Assembly: GCA_012295275.1 (NCBI GenBank)
Contig: CM022672.1
Span: 16,058,001-16,122,000 of the forward strand
DNA: 64,000 nucleotides
Source: Chrysomallon squamiferum
Lineage: Eukaryota > Animalia > Mollusca
Direction of reading: 5' to 3'
Both the position numbers and the translations under genes were made by a program. Positions within the stretch are counted from its first letter, which is position 1; every line of letters starts with the position of its first letter. This document shows positions 1 through 14,671 of this stretch, piece by piece. The notes beneath the pieces are model-generated. The model ran no database searches. It was not told the origin of the DNA and worked only from the letters and a program-made list of their open reading frames with translations.

Positions 1-1445
1 CCAATGATATTAAACAGCCTCTGGGCACATGGTATTTAGAAACATCTTTTATCTGTTATCACATCATAAATAGTATATCACATATGTACTTTTATATAAC
101 CCTGGGAAAAAACCCACAAAAAAAACCTCACATTCCAACACAGACAGGAAGAGAAATTGTGTGAAGTGTATTTTAACAACATCTGACAGGTGCACAATTT
201 TAATAATAACAACTTGAATATTAATAGTAGCATTAATAATTATAATAATAATTGTGATGATGATGAAAATGATAATAAAAATACAACAACAACAATAATA
301 CTATAAATAAATAATAACAACACCAATAGTGACAATGTTTATGTTTATGAAAAATGACAGTGACGATAAAAATTCATTAACAGGCAAAGAACAATGAAGT
401 GAAAAAAGCAAGTTCAGTTTTGAAAAAAGAAGATTATTATTACTATTTTATTATTATTATTATTATTATTATTTACTTTCTTACTTACTTACTTACTTAC
501 TTAAATTCTATTTTGAGTATATTTATTGAAAACACTTTTACAATTCCCTATATTTTTATTTTTTATTTTATATTTAAAACATCTACCCATGCAACTAATC
601 ATTCACTGATAGTATCTGACTTATCTCTGCTATTTGTCTACCTTCTAGTGCTTACAAATGATGAAATTTATTTTAGTAAACTGAAAAATACAATACTGAT
701 GATTGATCTGAAGATTACTAATTATTTAAAATCTGATTTAAAATATCATATTCATTTGTACAACACTGTCTTTCGTTGAATTCTTTCTTTAGTCAAGTGG
801 GCTTTTTAAAATTCTATTCCTTCATTGAACTTTTATTTTCAATCCACTCTTTTCCTTCATTAAACTGATTCCTCAGTCGACAACATTCTTTCATCCATCT
901 TTCATAAAAAAAAATGTCTTTATTCATTCATCGTCACTCCGTTTTTTCACCACTGCCTCCTGTTCAAACTCATCACAAGTCACACACACACATTAATTCA
1001 CCACAAGCCACTCAATTCTGTAATAATGAAAACAAGAATTATCTCCCCTGCATCAGGCCATTACCACATCCCAGGATGGGAGAGACGAGTCTCCCCAGCT
1101 GCTAATATGACTGGAAAACAATCTGCTTCCCACTGATAATTTACTGTTGATCTTCTGCCACGAATATGATTTTGTCTCACTTCAATTTGATTTCTGCATG
1201 CAGCAGTAACCACACTTAGACGTTAATTGTGCCCACCTGTGTCCAGGCACTGTGTTAAAATTCATAAGAAAAAATCCTCCAGAGGAAAGTGAATGAGAGG
1301 GAAACAATAATTATTCCAGTCAGTGTGTGGCTGCCATTTTCAAACTCACTGCCACAGACAGACACCTACTGATTCAATATCTTTGTCGAATGTGTTTCTG
1401 AAAGGTTTTGACCCAATTCTAAGGAGGTTTTTGTACGCATATGTC

Positions 1446-1448
<3 letters not shown>

Positions 1449-1496
<48 letters not shown>
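1449..1496. repeat. (TG)n microsatellite; many other (CA/TG)n tracts (e.g. 10348, 17486, 25288, 29528, 47870, 48055, 58362, 63270)
   Basis: Directly visible. Confidence 0.99.
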
Positions 1497-1497
<1 letters not shown>

Positions 1498-2282
1498 ATG
1501 CATGCATGCATGTGCATTTGAAAGGGTAATGAAATCATCCATGTATTAAAATATTAAGTAATTAATGTTGACAAGATAAGATGTAGTCTGTTTTAATTTA
1601 GATGATGGTTTCGATCTGTCATTTAAAAACATTTTAAATTCACATATCCATTTTGTCTGACATAAAATGCCCAGGGTAAAAATAAAAGTATAACTTTTAA
1701 TTTAATTTGTTTGTTTTTTTCAAATCATGATGACGTTTGCATCAAATACTTCACATAATTTATATTTAAAAAGTATTAGTATTAGTAGTAGCAGTAAAAT
1801 CAACAACAAGTCTTTTCACATAGTGAATCCCAACAGTAAACATTCACTGTTATACTACTCTCCTGTCTTGCACCCAACCATTTTGAGCAAACACTGATAG
1901 TAATCTAAGCTTCACATCTAATCTAACATGAATCACAGCCATGGTCCATCTCCAGAACCTCAAAGAGATGTTAGCAGCAAACAAGGACTCACTACAAAGA
2001 TTAGTGAAACAGTTAAATCTGATGCAGCAGTTAAACAATGAAACACTTATCTGAAGGAAATAAATAATCTTTAAAAATCAATCAATCAATCAATAATAAT
2101 AATAAATTATTTAATTATATTTTGAAAATAAAACAAAAACAAGATTAACCCTGATACAGATTGACGAGAGTGAACCTGTTTAAACTGCAGGTAGATTATA
2201 TGGTTCTTCTCTTTCTCCATTAAACTTTTAATGCAACACTGGGTAAATAAAAATAGTTTAAAAGAAATTAATAAATAAATAA

Positions 2283-2345
2283 ATACATACATACATACAT
2301 ACATACATACATACATACATACATACATACATACATACATACATA
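2283..2345. repeat. (ATAC)n microsatellite
   Basis: Directly visible. Confidence 0.99.
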
Positions 2346-2789
2346 ATAATTTTTTTTTGTAAACATAATGGAAATATTTATTCATATTTTTTACTTTATC
2401 CAATCAAATGAATTATGACAAATGATATTTTCTTACATCCAATCAGGTCAGATGTATCAAATGATAAATATGACAAATAACATTTGTTACTGTCATTAAA
2501 AAAATTATACACTTTTGTACCCAATAAAATCAGATATGTTCTGGTATATCCAGTCAATAAATAATTTTTTGCTGCAGGGTATCAAATTCAGTATAATAAA
2601 AACATATTACATCCAGTACAATAAGACAAAACAAAATGAAAGGCTATTACATCCAGTCTTGATATATCCAGCCAAACTGTATGTGACAAAATAACAATCT
2701 GTTATACCAATGAGATTATCTATGGGAAAAAATAAATTTGTCTGTTATAGCCAAATCAAAATCAGTTGTGACTAATAATAATTAAATAA

Positions 2790-3045
2790 TCATACAATTA
2801 TATCCAATCAAAACATGCATAACAAAATAATATTCTGCTATATCCAATCAAAACATGCATAACAAAATAGTATTCTGCTAAATCCAATGAAATTAAACAC
2901 AACAAAATAATATTCTGCTACATCCATTCAAATTAAACATAACAAAATAATATTCTGCTATATCCAATCAAAACACACATAACAAAATAATATTCTGCTA
3001 TATCCAATCAAATTAGACATAACAAAATAACATCCTGTTACATCC
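2790..3045 (+). repeat. 40-bp minisatellite, about 6 copies
   Basis: Unit tatccaatcaaaacatgcataacaaaataatattctgcta; degenerate copies extend back to about 2400. Confidence 0.92.
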
Positions 3046-3479
3046 TATGACACCTTCTGTTTGTCCAAGTCAATAACACTAGCAGCAGTCTCACACAGTA
3101 GCTAACTATACTTGTCTGGAAAGGGAGATGAAGCTTACTGATAGTGAAAATGTATACTTCTGATGTATCTTCATTTTTCACAAAACAAAGCAACACTGTT
3201 GTTACACCCTCTAATTATGAAGGTGATACAAAATACATGTCACTGAACTGCGTGTGGTATCTTCACTTTACATCTGATAGCCTATTCCAGCCACTGCTCT
3301 TTCTACTGGTTTATCAAAAATGATCTTTTCATAGATATAGGAAAAATACATATTGAAGATTCCCTGCTGAGGTATCCTATTCCAGTAGTAACCTTACAAA
3401 TACAGTTTGTACTTTTTCTTTCTCTCTCTCACTCACTCACTCAATCTCTCACTCCCCATGTTTTCTAACCTATTTTTTT

Positions 3480-4260
3480 TTTCCTAATGACACCCTGACT
3501 TTGCTAATGAATCCTCATTGTTTTCTAATGAATACTGTTACACCCTGTTTTCTTTCTAATAAATCCTCTAATATTATCATCTTAAATATTTGAAATACTA
3601 ACACAGACACATTGTCTTTTAACAAATACTTTAAAATCCTGTCTCTTCTCTTTAATGAAATATCTAACATACTAATATTCTGTTTTCATTTTGACAAATC
3701 TTCAAACATACTAAAAGCTTGTCTTCTTTTTAACAATTCTTCTAACATAGTAACTGTCTTTCTGTAATGAATCCTCTAACATACTAACTCACTGTCTTCT
3801 TTTTAATGAATTATGAAATATACTAATATAGTCTTCTTTTTAACAAATATTCTAAACATACTAACAACCTGTTTTTTTTTATAAATCTTGTAATATACTA
3901 ACACCCTGTTTTTTTTTTAATGAATTATGTAACATACTAACACAGTTTTCTTTTTAACAAATCTTCTAACATACTAACACCCTATCTTTTTTTGGATAAA
4001 TCTTGTAATACACTAACACCCTGTTTTTTTTTTAATGAATTATGTAACATACTAACACTCCATCTTTTTTTGGATAAATCTTGTAATACTAACAGTCTTC
4101 TTTTTAACAAATCTTCTAACATACTAACACCCTATCTTTTTTTGATAAATCTTGTAATACTAACAGTCTTCTTTTTAACAAATCTTCTAACATACTAACA
4201 CCCCTATTTTTGTTGATAAATCTTGTAATACTAACAGTCTTCTTTTTAACAAATCGTCAA
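3480..4260 (+). repeat. Minisatellite of about 27-30 bp with a dimeric (about 56 bp) higher-order unit at its 3' end
   Basis: Recurring aaatcttctaacatactaacaccct..tttttt alternating with ataaatcttgtaatactaacagtcttctttt. Confidence 0.9.
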
Positions 4261-6911
4261 ACATTCTGTCTTCTGTCTGGCACTAATACTGATTTGGCTA
4301 AGAATTCTGGCTTCTTAATTATGCAGCAAAGAAAGATATGCTTAAACCTGGAGTTGTGAGTGCATTTCAAGTGACTGATAAGAATAGTTAGTGAACTTTG
4401 GCAATGATTTATCTCTGTAACATTACCATGATACAAACTACAAATTTGACATCCAGCATCCATTAATATTAAAAATAATGAATTATATATTAATTTATTT
4501 ATTTATTATTATTGTTATTGTTTGTTATTGTTATTATTATTATAATTATTCATAAAATTAATGGTTCAAGAACATTTATCATGGGCATGGAAATCTAACA
4601 GAAAATTTGTATGGATGAATAAATAATTAAATTTCTGTTTCAATGACAAAATAGTGGTTCAGAGTTTAAATTAAAAAAAAAAAAAAAAAATAGAAGGAAT
4701 AAATAAATAAGTAAATAAATAAATAATTCATATATAAATAAATTCATAAATTAGAAATAAATTAATTAATAAATTATCAATTAATAAGAATTAATATAAA
4801 AAAAATAATAGTAATAAAAAAAACAGAATGATTATAAAATAAAATAAAAAATTAATAAAATAATAATAATAAATAAATAATAACAAAACAAAAAATCAGA
4901 ATAATAATAACAAAAATAAATAAATAAATAAAAATCTACAAAGAAAGAAGAATTAAATCAAATACATTTCTAAAATTGTATGATCCTGAGCCTATGCAGA
5001 TATAGTGGAAAATTTCAGTAAATATGTTCATTTTAAATATTTAAATTCATAACAAACATTAAGACTGACCAACATAAATAACAAAGTATGTCCTGTTTAA
5101 AAGTGTCCCACTCAAGTATGCATTATCCAGGTGTGTATCCACCTTTCCAGTAATCCATTCATAAATCTTAAATGAGTCTGTGATCACAGGTAAACAAACA
5201 CACAAGGCAATGTACACACTAACAGATAATAATCTATTTCACCCGCCTTCATCATCATCATCATCATCATCGTCGTTGTCACCTCACAATCAACACTGTT
5301 TTGTTAGCAGTGTCTGTACAGCCATTACATGCACATATAAATATTTGAGGTACAAACATTATGCTGCGTGTAAACGTCAGTGGAGAAAAAGGCTTTAAGT
5401 ATTTTTCTACATGTATCAGATTCAAGAGTTACTCACATTTACATTATTAGGAAGTGAAGAAGAATAAATTCAGTATTGATATTTTTACGATTGTCGTCCC
5501 AGAGGACTGAGAAAAGAAGAAAATGCTGTTTATTTGTCATAAACATTTGCAGTGACGCTGCGTTTGTTTGCTGTGGTCAGAGATCAAAAACCGATGTTTT
5601 GTGGCTGTAGATAGGTTTATGTGTAGTGCAAATCAGAAACACAAATAAAGTTAATGTTGTGTGAAAAAAAAAAAAAAAAAATTATCCATTACTGTTAATA
5701 ATAGCTTTGACAATGGTAAAAAACAAAGCAATGTCTATGTGCACATGTAGGAATAAATGCATGTGTGTGCAAGAATCTGTTATGTAATGTAATGCATTCA
5801 TTTATCAGTTTTGCACCTGATACGATTTTTAAAATTTATTTTCTATTAATTTGCTAATCTATTTATTTACATTTATTTATTGATTTATTGATACTTATAT
5901 ATTTTTAGGTTATCTTTTTTTTTGTTTATTATTATTATGTATTTTTTTTATTGACTGATTTATTAATTTGATCTTATTTTTTTTCTTTGAAAAATTAATT
6001 ACTATCACTAAATATACATTAAATTAACTATTTTTGTGAAATTTATCAAACTGGTTTTCATTTTCTTTTTCCTTTTAATATTCTTAAAATTGTTTTATTT
6101 TCTAACATACTTTTATATTACTATTCTTCTGATAACTATTAAAAACAACAAAAAAATATGCATTTTTCATCTTTTTCTGGTTTTTCCTTTTTTCTTTCTT
6201 ATTTTATCTGTGTTTTTATTAAAAAATATATATATGTGTATATATATATATATATATATTGACCTTTGTAACAATAACAATAATAATCTTAACCCTTACT
6301 AACAACATTTCTCCACTAAATAAATAAACAAATAAAAATTGGTCATTAAATTAAATACATACAGATAATAAAATATATATTGAAAAAATTGTTTATAAAC
6401 AATGTCATAGCAACCAGAACCGATCAGCTGGGATTGGTAAGTGGTTGAAATAACCAGAACCGATAAGTGGTTGAAATAACGAGTTTATTGCAACACAAGC
6501 GTTCCATTGTCAGGGGAATTAACCTATATTCAAGAAAAGCGACAATCTATTAAGTTTTAATCACATGATCACAAGGAAGGATCTGCCTGGGGCTAGGTAA
6601 TTTCCAGCAAATACCACAAAAATCATTTATTTACCTTCACAATTGACAGATGCTACAAGACAAATGACTTGACCGCAATGACTACAAAATAACCAATTGC
6701 TTCTGACTTTTATTATTATTTCATTTTTTCTTTTTTTTTTACTCGTCTTTTTTCAAGATTTAAAAAAAAATAAAAAAAATGTATGGATTTTTTTTACAGT
6801 TCTGTGTTTTTCAATAACTCCAGACAATTAAGTATGTCTGAAAAGCAATCTTTTGTTTATTTGTTATATTGAATTTCTTTTTACCTTTTTTTTTTTTTTT
6901 AAATTTTGCTA

Positions 6912-6943
<32 letters not shown>

Positions 6944-7934
6944 TCTTCACTGATATCTGGTGAAAGACAAAACTGTATATATTTTACATTAATATAGATT
7001 TTTTTCTTTTTTTTCTGTCTGTGTCTGTAGTATGTGTGCATTTGTGTAGTACAATGAATAAGAAAGTATAATAAAAGTAATTTAAATTAGGCTCTTTTTT
7101 TTGTTTGTTTTTGTGGCTTTTATTTTCTGTTTGCTTTAATTATGATATATATATATATATATATATTAAAATAAGCAAACCTTAATGTATATTCTCTATT
7201 AAACTGATTTTAATCTCTCTCTCTCTTCCATCCTTTCTAAGCTTTCTTACAGACCTCAAAATCTAATGAACTTTTTGTTTTACAAAGCCAGTGAAGTTTT
7301 AATTTAGTTGGTGCATCTGAGACATAGGTGTCATTTTTAATGATTATATTTTTTCTTTTATTTATCTATTTATTGTTTTAATAATGTGTGAATTCTTTAT
7401 AATTACTGTTTTAGATTTTCTTGTTTACAGAGAAATAAGTTAATGGGTACATTATTATAATTATATGCTATTGCACTGTATTATTTTGTCAAACATAATA
7501 AAAGATATATTTATTTTACATATAAATCATTACTGAAAGAAAAATATAAAATGAAAAGAAACAAAAAAACAAAAATAGTAAAAATTAAACAAATGAAAGA
7601 AAAGAATGGAAAAGAGAAGAAAAAGAGAGAAAGAAAGATATCAATTATAAATATGTAGGAAGGTAAAAGAAAACAGTAATTAATGTTGTCAGGATTTGGA
7701 TATAACAGAGCTGATGTTGTATTTGTCCAGAATTGGGAACAAACTCATCAACAGAATATCATTTTTATTATAATATTGTTCTGTGCTTAGAAGGATTCAA
7801 GATTAAAATCTCTGTTGGAAGCCAAATGACTTCTATGTTTATATCTGTGTGTATTCTGTCTTCATATGCTACCAAAATATAAAAAAACAAAAACAATCAT
7901 ATATACCATAAACCTTTTTAGAATATATATGAAC

Positions 7935-8015
7935 TAATAATAATAATAATAATAATAACAATAACAACAACAACAACAACAACAACAACAATAATAATAA
8001 CAATAACAATAACAA
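7935..8015. repeat. (AAT)n/(AAC)n compound microsatellite
   Basis: Directly visible. Confidence 0.98.
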
Positions 8016-9119
8016 TGGTCAAATCCAATGGACTTACCATCATCTTGATTACAATATACTTAATGTTAAATGCACTGGAACTCTTCAAAAACAATTTAAA
8101 AGAACAAAAAGGGGTAACTGTTCTATAAGTATCAGTCTATCACTTAATGATTAAATGACAGCCCTGTTGCCGAAGTGGTGACAAATAAAATACCAATTGT
8201 CACAATGGCTCTCTTTTAGTTCCTGTATTATGCAATCAGCTGGGTCTTTTTTTTTTTTTTTTTTTAACAGAACATATTTAGTAGCTGGTTTCTTGTCCAC
8301 AAAGACCATTAAAAAATACACATACAAAAGTCACTGAATGAGCATGCCACAAAAACACTTATTATCCACTTGAGTGTCCCAAAATACAGCAGCTCTCGAG
8401 AAAAAAAGAAGAGGAAAATGAACGACTACTTGGCATACTTCCACCTAACAGTAAAAAAAAAAAAACAATACAAATAAGTCATTTACAAACTGTTCACTAA
8501 TTCCTGTATGTAATAACCTGTAGTGGTTTATTTATTTATTTTTTATTTTTTAAAGTTAGTTGTCTATGTTATAAGATACCATTGTTGATGTTATTGTTAT
8601 TTATTATTAATTTTAATATTATTTTGTACAGAACTACGAACTGTAAACCAGAACTAATCAGCTTGATGCACGCATTCTGATAAAAACTTTCATAAATTTA
8701 AATTGTAAACAAATATTATATTTATATATATATAAAATAAAAAATTAAATCCTAAATGCCTGGTGATTATTACAATTTATGAACTGACGTGAGAAATTTA
8801 GCACCTGCAAGGTCACCGAGTGGAGTGTTTAATTGTATCAAATGTGTCACCTAGGTAAATTATCAACACACTCTGACATTTATTACACCTGTCCACACCA
8901 TGGAATAAGGTTAATTAATGCACCCCCAGGTTAATTAACATACAGAATTCTCTATCCATTTCAAACAATATTACCATAACAAGCATAATGAACTGAATAT
9001 ATGTTAAAAATACATGCATAATAATTCAATTTAAATTATATTCATGTATATTGCAGTTTTATACAAAGAACTGATACAGAAGGACTATTTCTTGTTTTGT
9101 GCGGGAGGGGGTAATTTTT

Positions 9120-9630
9120 TTCTTCATAAAATTAGTAGTTTTATTCATAACAGCAGCCTTATTCATAACAGATTGTCAAGATTTATTCATAAAGACTTTC
9201 TACTGTTTTATTCACAGTTATGTGATGTTTTATTCATAATTTATACTGTATGTAGTTTTATTCAAAATTCTGGTATTTGTTATACTCGTAACAGACTGAG
9301 TAATTTTATTCATAATTTTGTTACTATTTTATTATTCATATTATATTGTCATCAAATTGAATTTTAGTAGTTTTATTCATAATACTGTTATTTTTTTATT
9401 CATAACAGACAATGAGCAGTTTTATTCATAATACTGTTGTTTTTTTATTCATAACAGACTATGAGCAGTTTTATTCATAATACTGTTGTTTTTTTATTCA
9501 TAACAGACTATGAGCAGTTTTATTCATAATACTGTTATTTTTTTTAATTCACAATACACTAGTCATCTGTTGTCTTCAAACTAATTTTGAGTAGCTTTAT
9601 TCATAATACTGAGATCTGTTTAATATACCT
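9120..9630 (+). repeat. Minisatellite, core 49-bp unit x3-4 (about 9370-9545) in a degenerate ttttattcataa array
   Basis: gttttattcataatactgttgtttttttattcataacagactatgagca repeated. Confidence 0.9.
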
Positions 9631-10345
9631 GTAAGTAGTTTTACTGAGAAAACCCTCCCACTAACACAGATTGTATGAAGTGAAACTGTACAGAGCTACA
9701 GAAATTGTGGTCTGAGCATGTTGAATATATATACAGGTATTAGATGTGACAACAGTGTTAACAGCACTGTTATAGATAGAGCACATATTACATATTTAAA
9801 ATACTACACATTCATTTATTTCTGGATATAATATGTTTTGTAGTTTTTTGTTTGTTTGTTTTTTGCTTTTTTGCATTAACTAGAAACCCCTACAGATCAG
9901 TTACTGAATACATTTTCTGTATAACAAAACCCCCAACAAAAACCAACAACTAATAATGTCAGCCATATAAATCATAATACACAATTGTTGTTCTGTATTT
10001 ATGACATTAATATATGAGCTTTAATGTTAGTAGTATGGAGTTACACATTATTCAAAATAAACATTAAAATAAATATGTACGAAAGAGCAAAATGAAGGGA
10101 GATAAAAATGTACAAAGGGACGAACAGTGGGCAAAAAATGTGATATTTATTCATTTTCCTTCTTATTTATATTTTTCAATTTGACATAAATGCAATTAAT
10201 ATTTATTTTATTGTTCCTGTTGCTCATAACAATTCTATTTTTATGATATGATTTCTGTGAATAACAAAGAACATGTATAAACACATACATACTGGCATAA
10301 TAGTCCTAAATTCCTAGAAAATAATGTTTTGTTTATGTGTGAATT

Positions 10346-10389
<44 letters not shown>

Positions 10390-11959
10390 TGTAATATATT
10401 TATATATATATATATAAGTATATATGTATGTATGTATGTCAATGAAATTTAATTTAAGTAATAAGGAAAATGTACTTAGGTAAAAGAAAATTGGCACCTG
10501 TCAAAGTGAAATAAAACAAAGCATCATTTATCAGCTAAACGTAATGTAGTATTATCAATGTTTAAATTAAAGTGAACAGCTAAATTTAGTTTTAATATAA
10601 TTTAATTACTTTCTTTTCACAAACCAATGACAAATGGTTAAACTGTAACAAACAACAAATTCTGCAAGAGGAAGAAGAAAGAATTTTCTTTTTAATAATT
10701 AATGACACTATCTTCATACTTTTAAGTTTAAACAGGTAAGAGAGGAAATACATAGTCACTGTCAAACTATCTACATTTCTTTTCTGAATAGCAACAAGTG
10801 ATGTTTTAAATCCACCTTCCCATAGGCAGGAAATGATGCACTATTACCTTTGAAAAACCAGTCACGGGACACTGGCTGGAATGGAAAATGGCACAATGGT
10901 CGCACTGAGAAGGACTGATCTTACAGTCCACACTGTGTACGAGCACTGAGCTCTGTGAAACCCACTTACAGCCCACCTGAACACATAAAAGTTGTGAGAT
11001 ATCTTTAAAAGCTGTAATAAAACAAACTGAAACGAAACACTCAAGCAGGTCAGCATGCTTCAACTTTCACTGCCTGCCATCAGCAGTATTAAAATAAAAA
11101 CACAACAAAAACAATTCTTTTGTAGTTTATCTTCCACTTCCCAGCTCTCGCTGATAAAAACACCATTACTCCATGACCATGTTTGTTTTTAAACACCGGC
11201 AGTGTATTTATTTATGTGTGTGTGTGTACGTATATCAGTGATATTGCCCAGACAATGAACTTTTAATACAAAACTCTCCTTTGTTTCTTTGAAGTCCAGG
11301 TTACAGTCCAAGCCTTTCTGTCCATTCTGGTTTTCTGAAACACAGCTTATCTGTGACAAGCCAATCTCTATCATTAATTTTATTTTCAGCCTATAGAAGT
11401 TTATACTCCCCTCTGACTTTTGAAATGCTATAGCTGGTAACATGTAATACAGATGTACGATAATTTTATTTATATCTCAGCTAAAGTAGAGCTGCTGCTG
11501 ATGCTGTGGAGAAGATAGAGGAAAAGCATTTTGTGTTCCGATATAAACACAGATTCAGAGAAAGAGTATGAGAGAAAGAAAGAGAAGATGGACTTAAGAA
11601 GAGGGAGATAGGGGAACAGAAAAAAATGAAAAGAAAACAGAAGGAATGAGTGGGAAAACTGACACAGATACACACTGAAACATATACAGAGACACCCATA
11701 CTTGTATGCACACACAAACACACACACACATACATACACAAATATATTCATACCCTCATAAACACACACACACACACACACACACATTCAGACAAATATA
11801 ACAATAAAGAAATGCCTGTACACTTTTACTAATTGTTTCTCTTATGATCTGTTTACACTTAATTACAAATCCAATATTTTTACACTATTTTTTTTTTTCT
11901 ACTTCACTGTTCTCCACAGTACAAACTGCAAGACAAACATGAACCATCATCCTCAAACA

Positions 11960-12260
11960 AAAATGTGTAAAAGTTTAGCCACAGTGATGTCGGGAAGCTG
12001 CGAATGCGTTTCAGCACACGAGCAGTTTTCGGATAATTCACCAGGCATTCGCAGAGCGGTAGCGGGACTATTGAAAATGTATACAGAGGATTATCCGAGA
12101 ACAAATGTGCTCTGCTCCAGTAATGAGTGGACTTTGTTCAAGCAATGAGCCAATATTTACACAGCTAACAGCAGCGCTGGGGCTCCCTTCGCATCATGTG
12201 AGAGAAACGAGGTGCAAACACGTCGCCGTAGCAGATGTTAAATGACAGACACACGTGTGT
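11960..12260. promoter_or_regulatory. CpG-rich island, putative unmethylated promoter/regulatory element or structured RNA locus
   Basis: Appears to have the highest CpG density in the window (by eye). Contains AGCCAAT at about 12148 and CACGTG at about 12252, adjoins a (GT)n(GA)n tract, and has internal inverted repeats. Confidence 0.4.
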
Positions 12261-12278
12261 TGTTTTCTCTCTGAGTGC

Positions 12279-12365
<87 letters not shown>
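12279..12365. repeat. (GT)n(GA)n compound microsatellite
   Basis: Directly visible. Confidence 0.99.
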
Positions 12366-12369
<4 letters not shown>

Positions 12370-14049
12370 TATCTGTGTGCATGTGTGTGAGTCTAAGAGT
12401 GTGATTGAATAAGACAGAAAAATAGAGAAATAAAGAGAAAGAGGGAAAGATGGTAACAGTTGTAATCAAAATGAACAGTCAGAAAAAAGAACTAGTAATG
12501 AAAGAGAAAATTTAAACAAATAAGATAGTTATACATTTTGAGAGAAGAGTGAGAAAAAAAAAAAAGAGGTAAAGAGAAAAAGACAAAACCAGTTAATACT
12601 GTGAGGAGAGATAGGGAAAAAAAGACAGATGAGACAATTTATTTCTTTTTGATATAAATTAATTATTGTTGTACTTCTTTCATCTGATTCAGAATAGTAA
12701 AAATCAAAGACATTATTTTGACTTGAAAACATTCCCCTTCTAACAAAATGTTGACCTTGGAACTGGGAGGCCATTTTTAATGAGAATTTTATTTAGGAAT
12801 TTTTCTAATACATTCCCATCACAAACCTCTGCCTTTACTCTTCCTTGCACAGGCACAACCAGCAGGCAGGCACAACCAGCAGGCAGCCCCAACCCCCAAG
12901 TCACAACCTCCGTCAAGTTTGTTACTAATGTCAAAACTGTCATCCTACATTAGCCAGGCAGAATGGAATACTTTACCCCCTCCAGATCCTCTCCAAGCCA
13001 ATGACCAGACCCTTCTCACCATATGGGAATCCTCAGCAGTTGATGGTCATCGGTCTGTTAATAGTTGACCAGCGGTCAGAGCCTGGTCAAGTGGATGTAA
13101 TCTTGTATTAAATACAGTGACTCCATGTAGTTTTGTTTGTTTTACATCCCTCCCTTTGAAACTGAAGCACTCAGCAGATACTTGGGAACTGACTGCATTT
13201 CTGTGCGTTTTAAAAAGAAAAGGCCCAGAATGATGAAGTGCTTTGGTAGTCAAAACAAACCCAATGACTCAGAAATTGGTTTAAAAAGCATAGTTAGTTT
13301 AATGAGCTGATTATTATCTGGATGTAATTTGTTTTTTCTTGTGATGAAATCATCCTGCATTAATTAACCACTCTTCCTAATATAACATATTATCACAAAA
13401 GCATTAAGAATCATTTTCTGCCAAAGTTAAAAATTTACAGCATTTGAAATGCATATGAATATGTTTTTATATGAAATTTATTTCATGCTTTAGAACAAAC
13501 ACCCAATCCACTGGAAAATTATGTACATTTTTTTTTATTTAGGATGACTGGATATCAGTCTGGTAGATTGTACAACAATAATTTAGTACAAAATCAAATC
13601 TGTCAACTGAGTACACTTCTAATGTTAATAAGAATATTAACATTCTTAACAACATGAAATGTTCTTGATAGCTGTTAAATGATTGAGGCTTAATTAGGCC
13701 AAATTTTGCACAGTCTGTGTCAAACTCTGTCTGATTGGTATGTGAATTTTGTAACAGAATGGAACCACTTGTTGCATTTAAAATGAATACAGAACAGCAA
13801 AACTCTCTTCTCTTTAATTGAAACATAATGAAATTTGCATCAATTTACCTTCCCCTTTTGCCACATTTTCGTAACCTATATTCCACTTCCAAAAATAGAT
13901 TTTAAGATAAAAAACACAATTCCTGAAACTGTTTCTGGTCTGTGTTGTATCTTACAGGATACAGAACTTAATACTATATTTATCTTCTGAAATGGGTCTG
14001 CTGGTATTTGAAATGAGTCACTTTATAGAAGTTGGTTGAAAACTAATGG

Positions 14050-14052
<3 letters not shown>

Positions 14053-14148
<96 letters not shown>

Positions 14149-14169
14149 ACACACACACACACACACACA
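14053..14169. repeat. (TC)n(CA)n compound microsatellite
   Basis: Directly visible. Confidence 0.99.
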
Positions 14170-14625
14170 GACAGACCATATATTGCATTAAAATATTCAT
14201 TCACATCTTTTCTCATGTTTAATCAACTATTAACCAGGATACTCTGCCAAATATCACCAATGTAATAAAAACATGATATTTTATCTGTTGTTGTAGACTG
14301 ATTAATATTTTTTTAAATAACAACACAAACTAGAGAGTATCAACAAGTTAATTTACATGCAATAAAGTGCTGAAATGAAAAATAAACAATCTGAAATTTC
14401 CCAATGTCTTATATATATGCAGAAAAATAACATAAAATAAAAACTAAATTAAACGAAAACAATATAAAAATAATAATAATAATAAATAAATAAATAAAGT
14501 AAAATAATAATCTTTTCAAAACATATATTCTTACAGAGAACAAAGCAACATTTTATCACCAAATGTAAAATTATATACATAGATATATTTTAAGAAAATA
14601 AAATTAAAAAAAAATTAAAAAAAAA

Positions 14626-14671
<46 letters not shown>

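Noticed and set aside
2790-3045. CRISPR-like array (also 30915, 52260, 60280)
   Set aside because: Head-to-tail tandem units without unique spacers, no cas genes, eukaryotic context.
6411-6481. Short local duplications (also a 17-bp tandem at about 12851-12885)
   Set aside because: Ordinary slippage or repair duplications with no further structure.
11970-12120. Telomerase RNA pseudoknot or pre-miRNA
   Set aside because: No CTAACCCT/CCTAACC-type template nearby; the 48-nt loop of stem B is too large for a canonical pre-miRNA.
12901-12922. Partial resemblance to miR-67/307 family (TCACAACCTCC); also let-7-like AGGTTGTATAG at about 43711
   Set aside because: Only 11-nt matches and no complementary hairpin arm.
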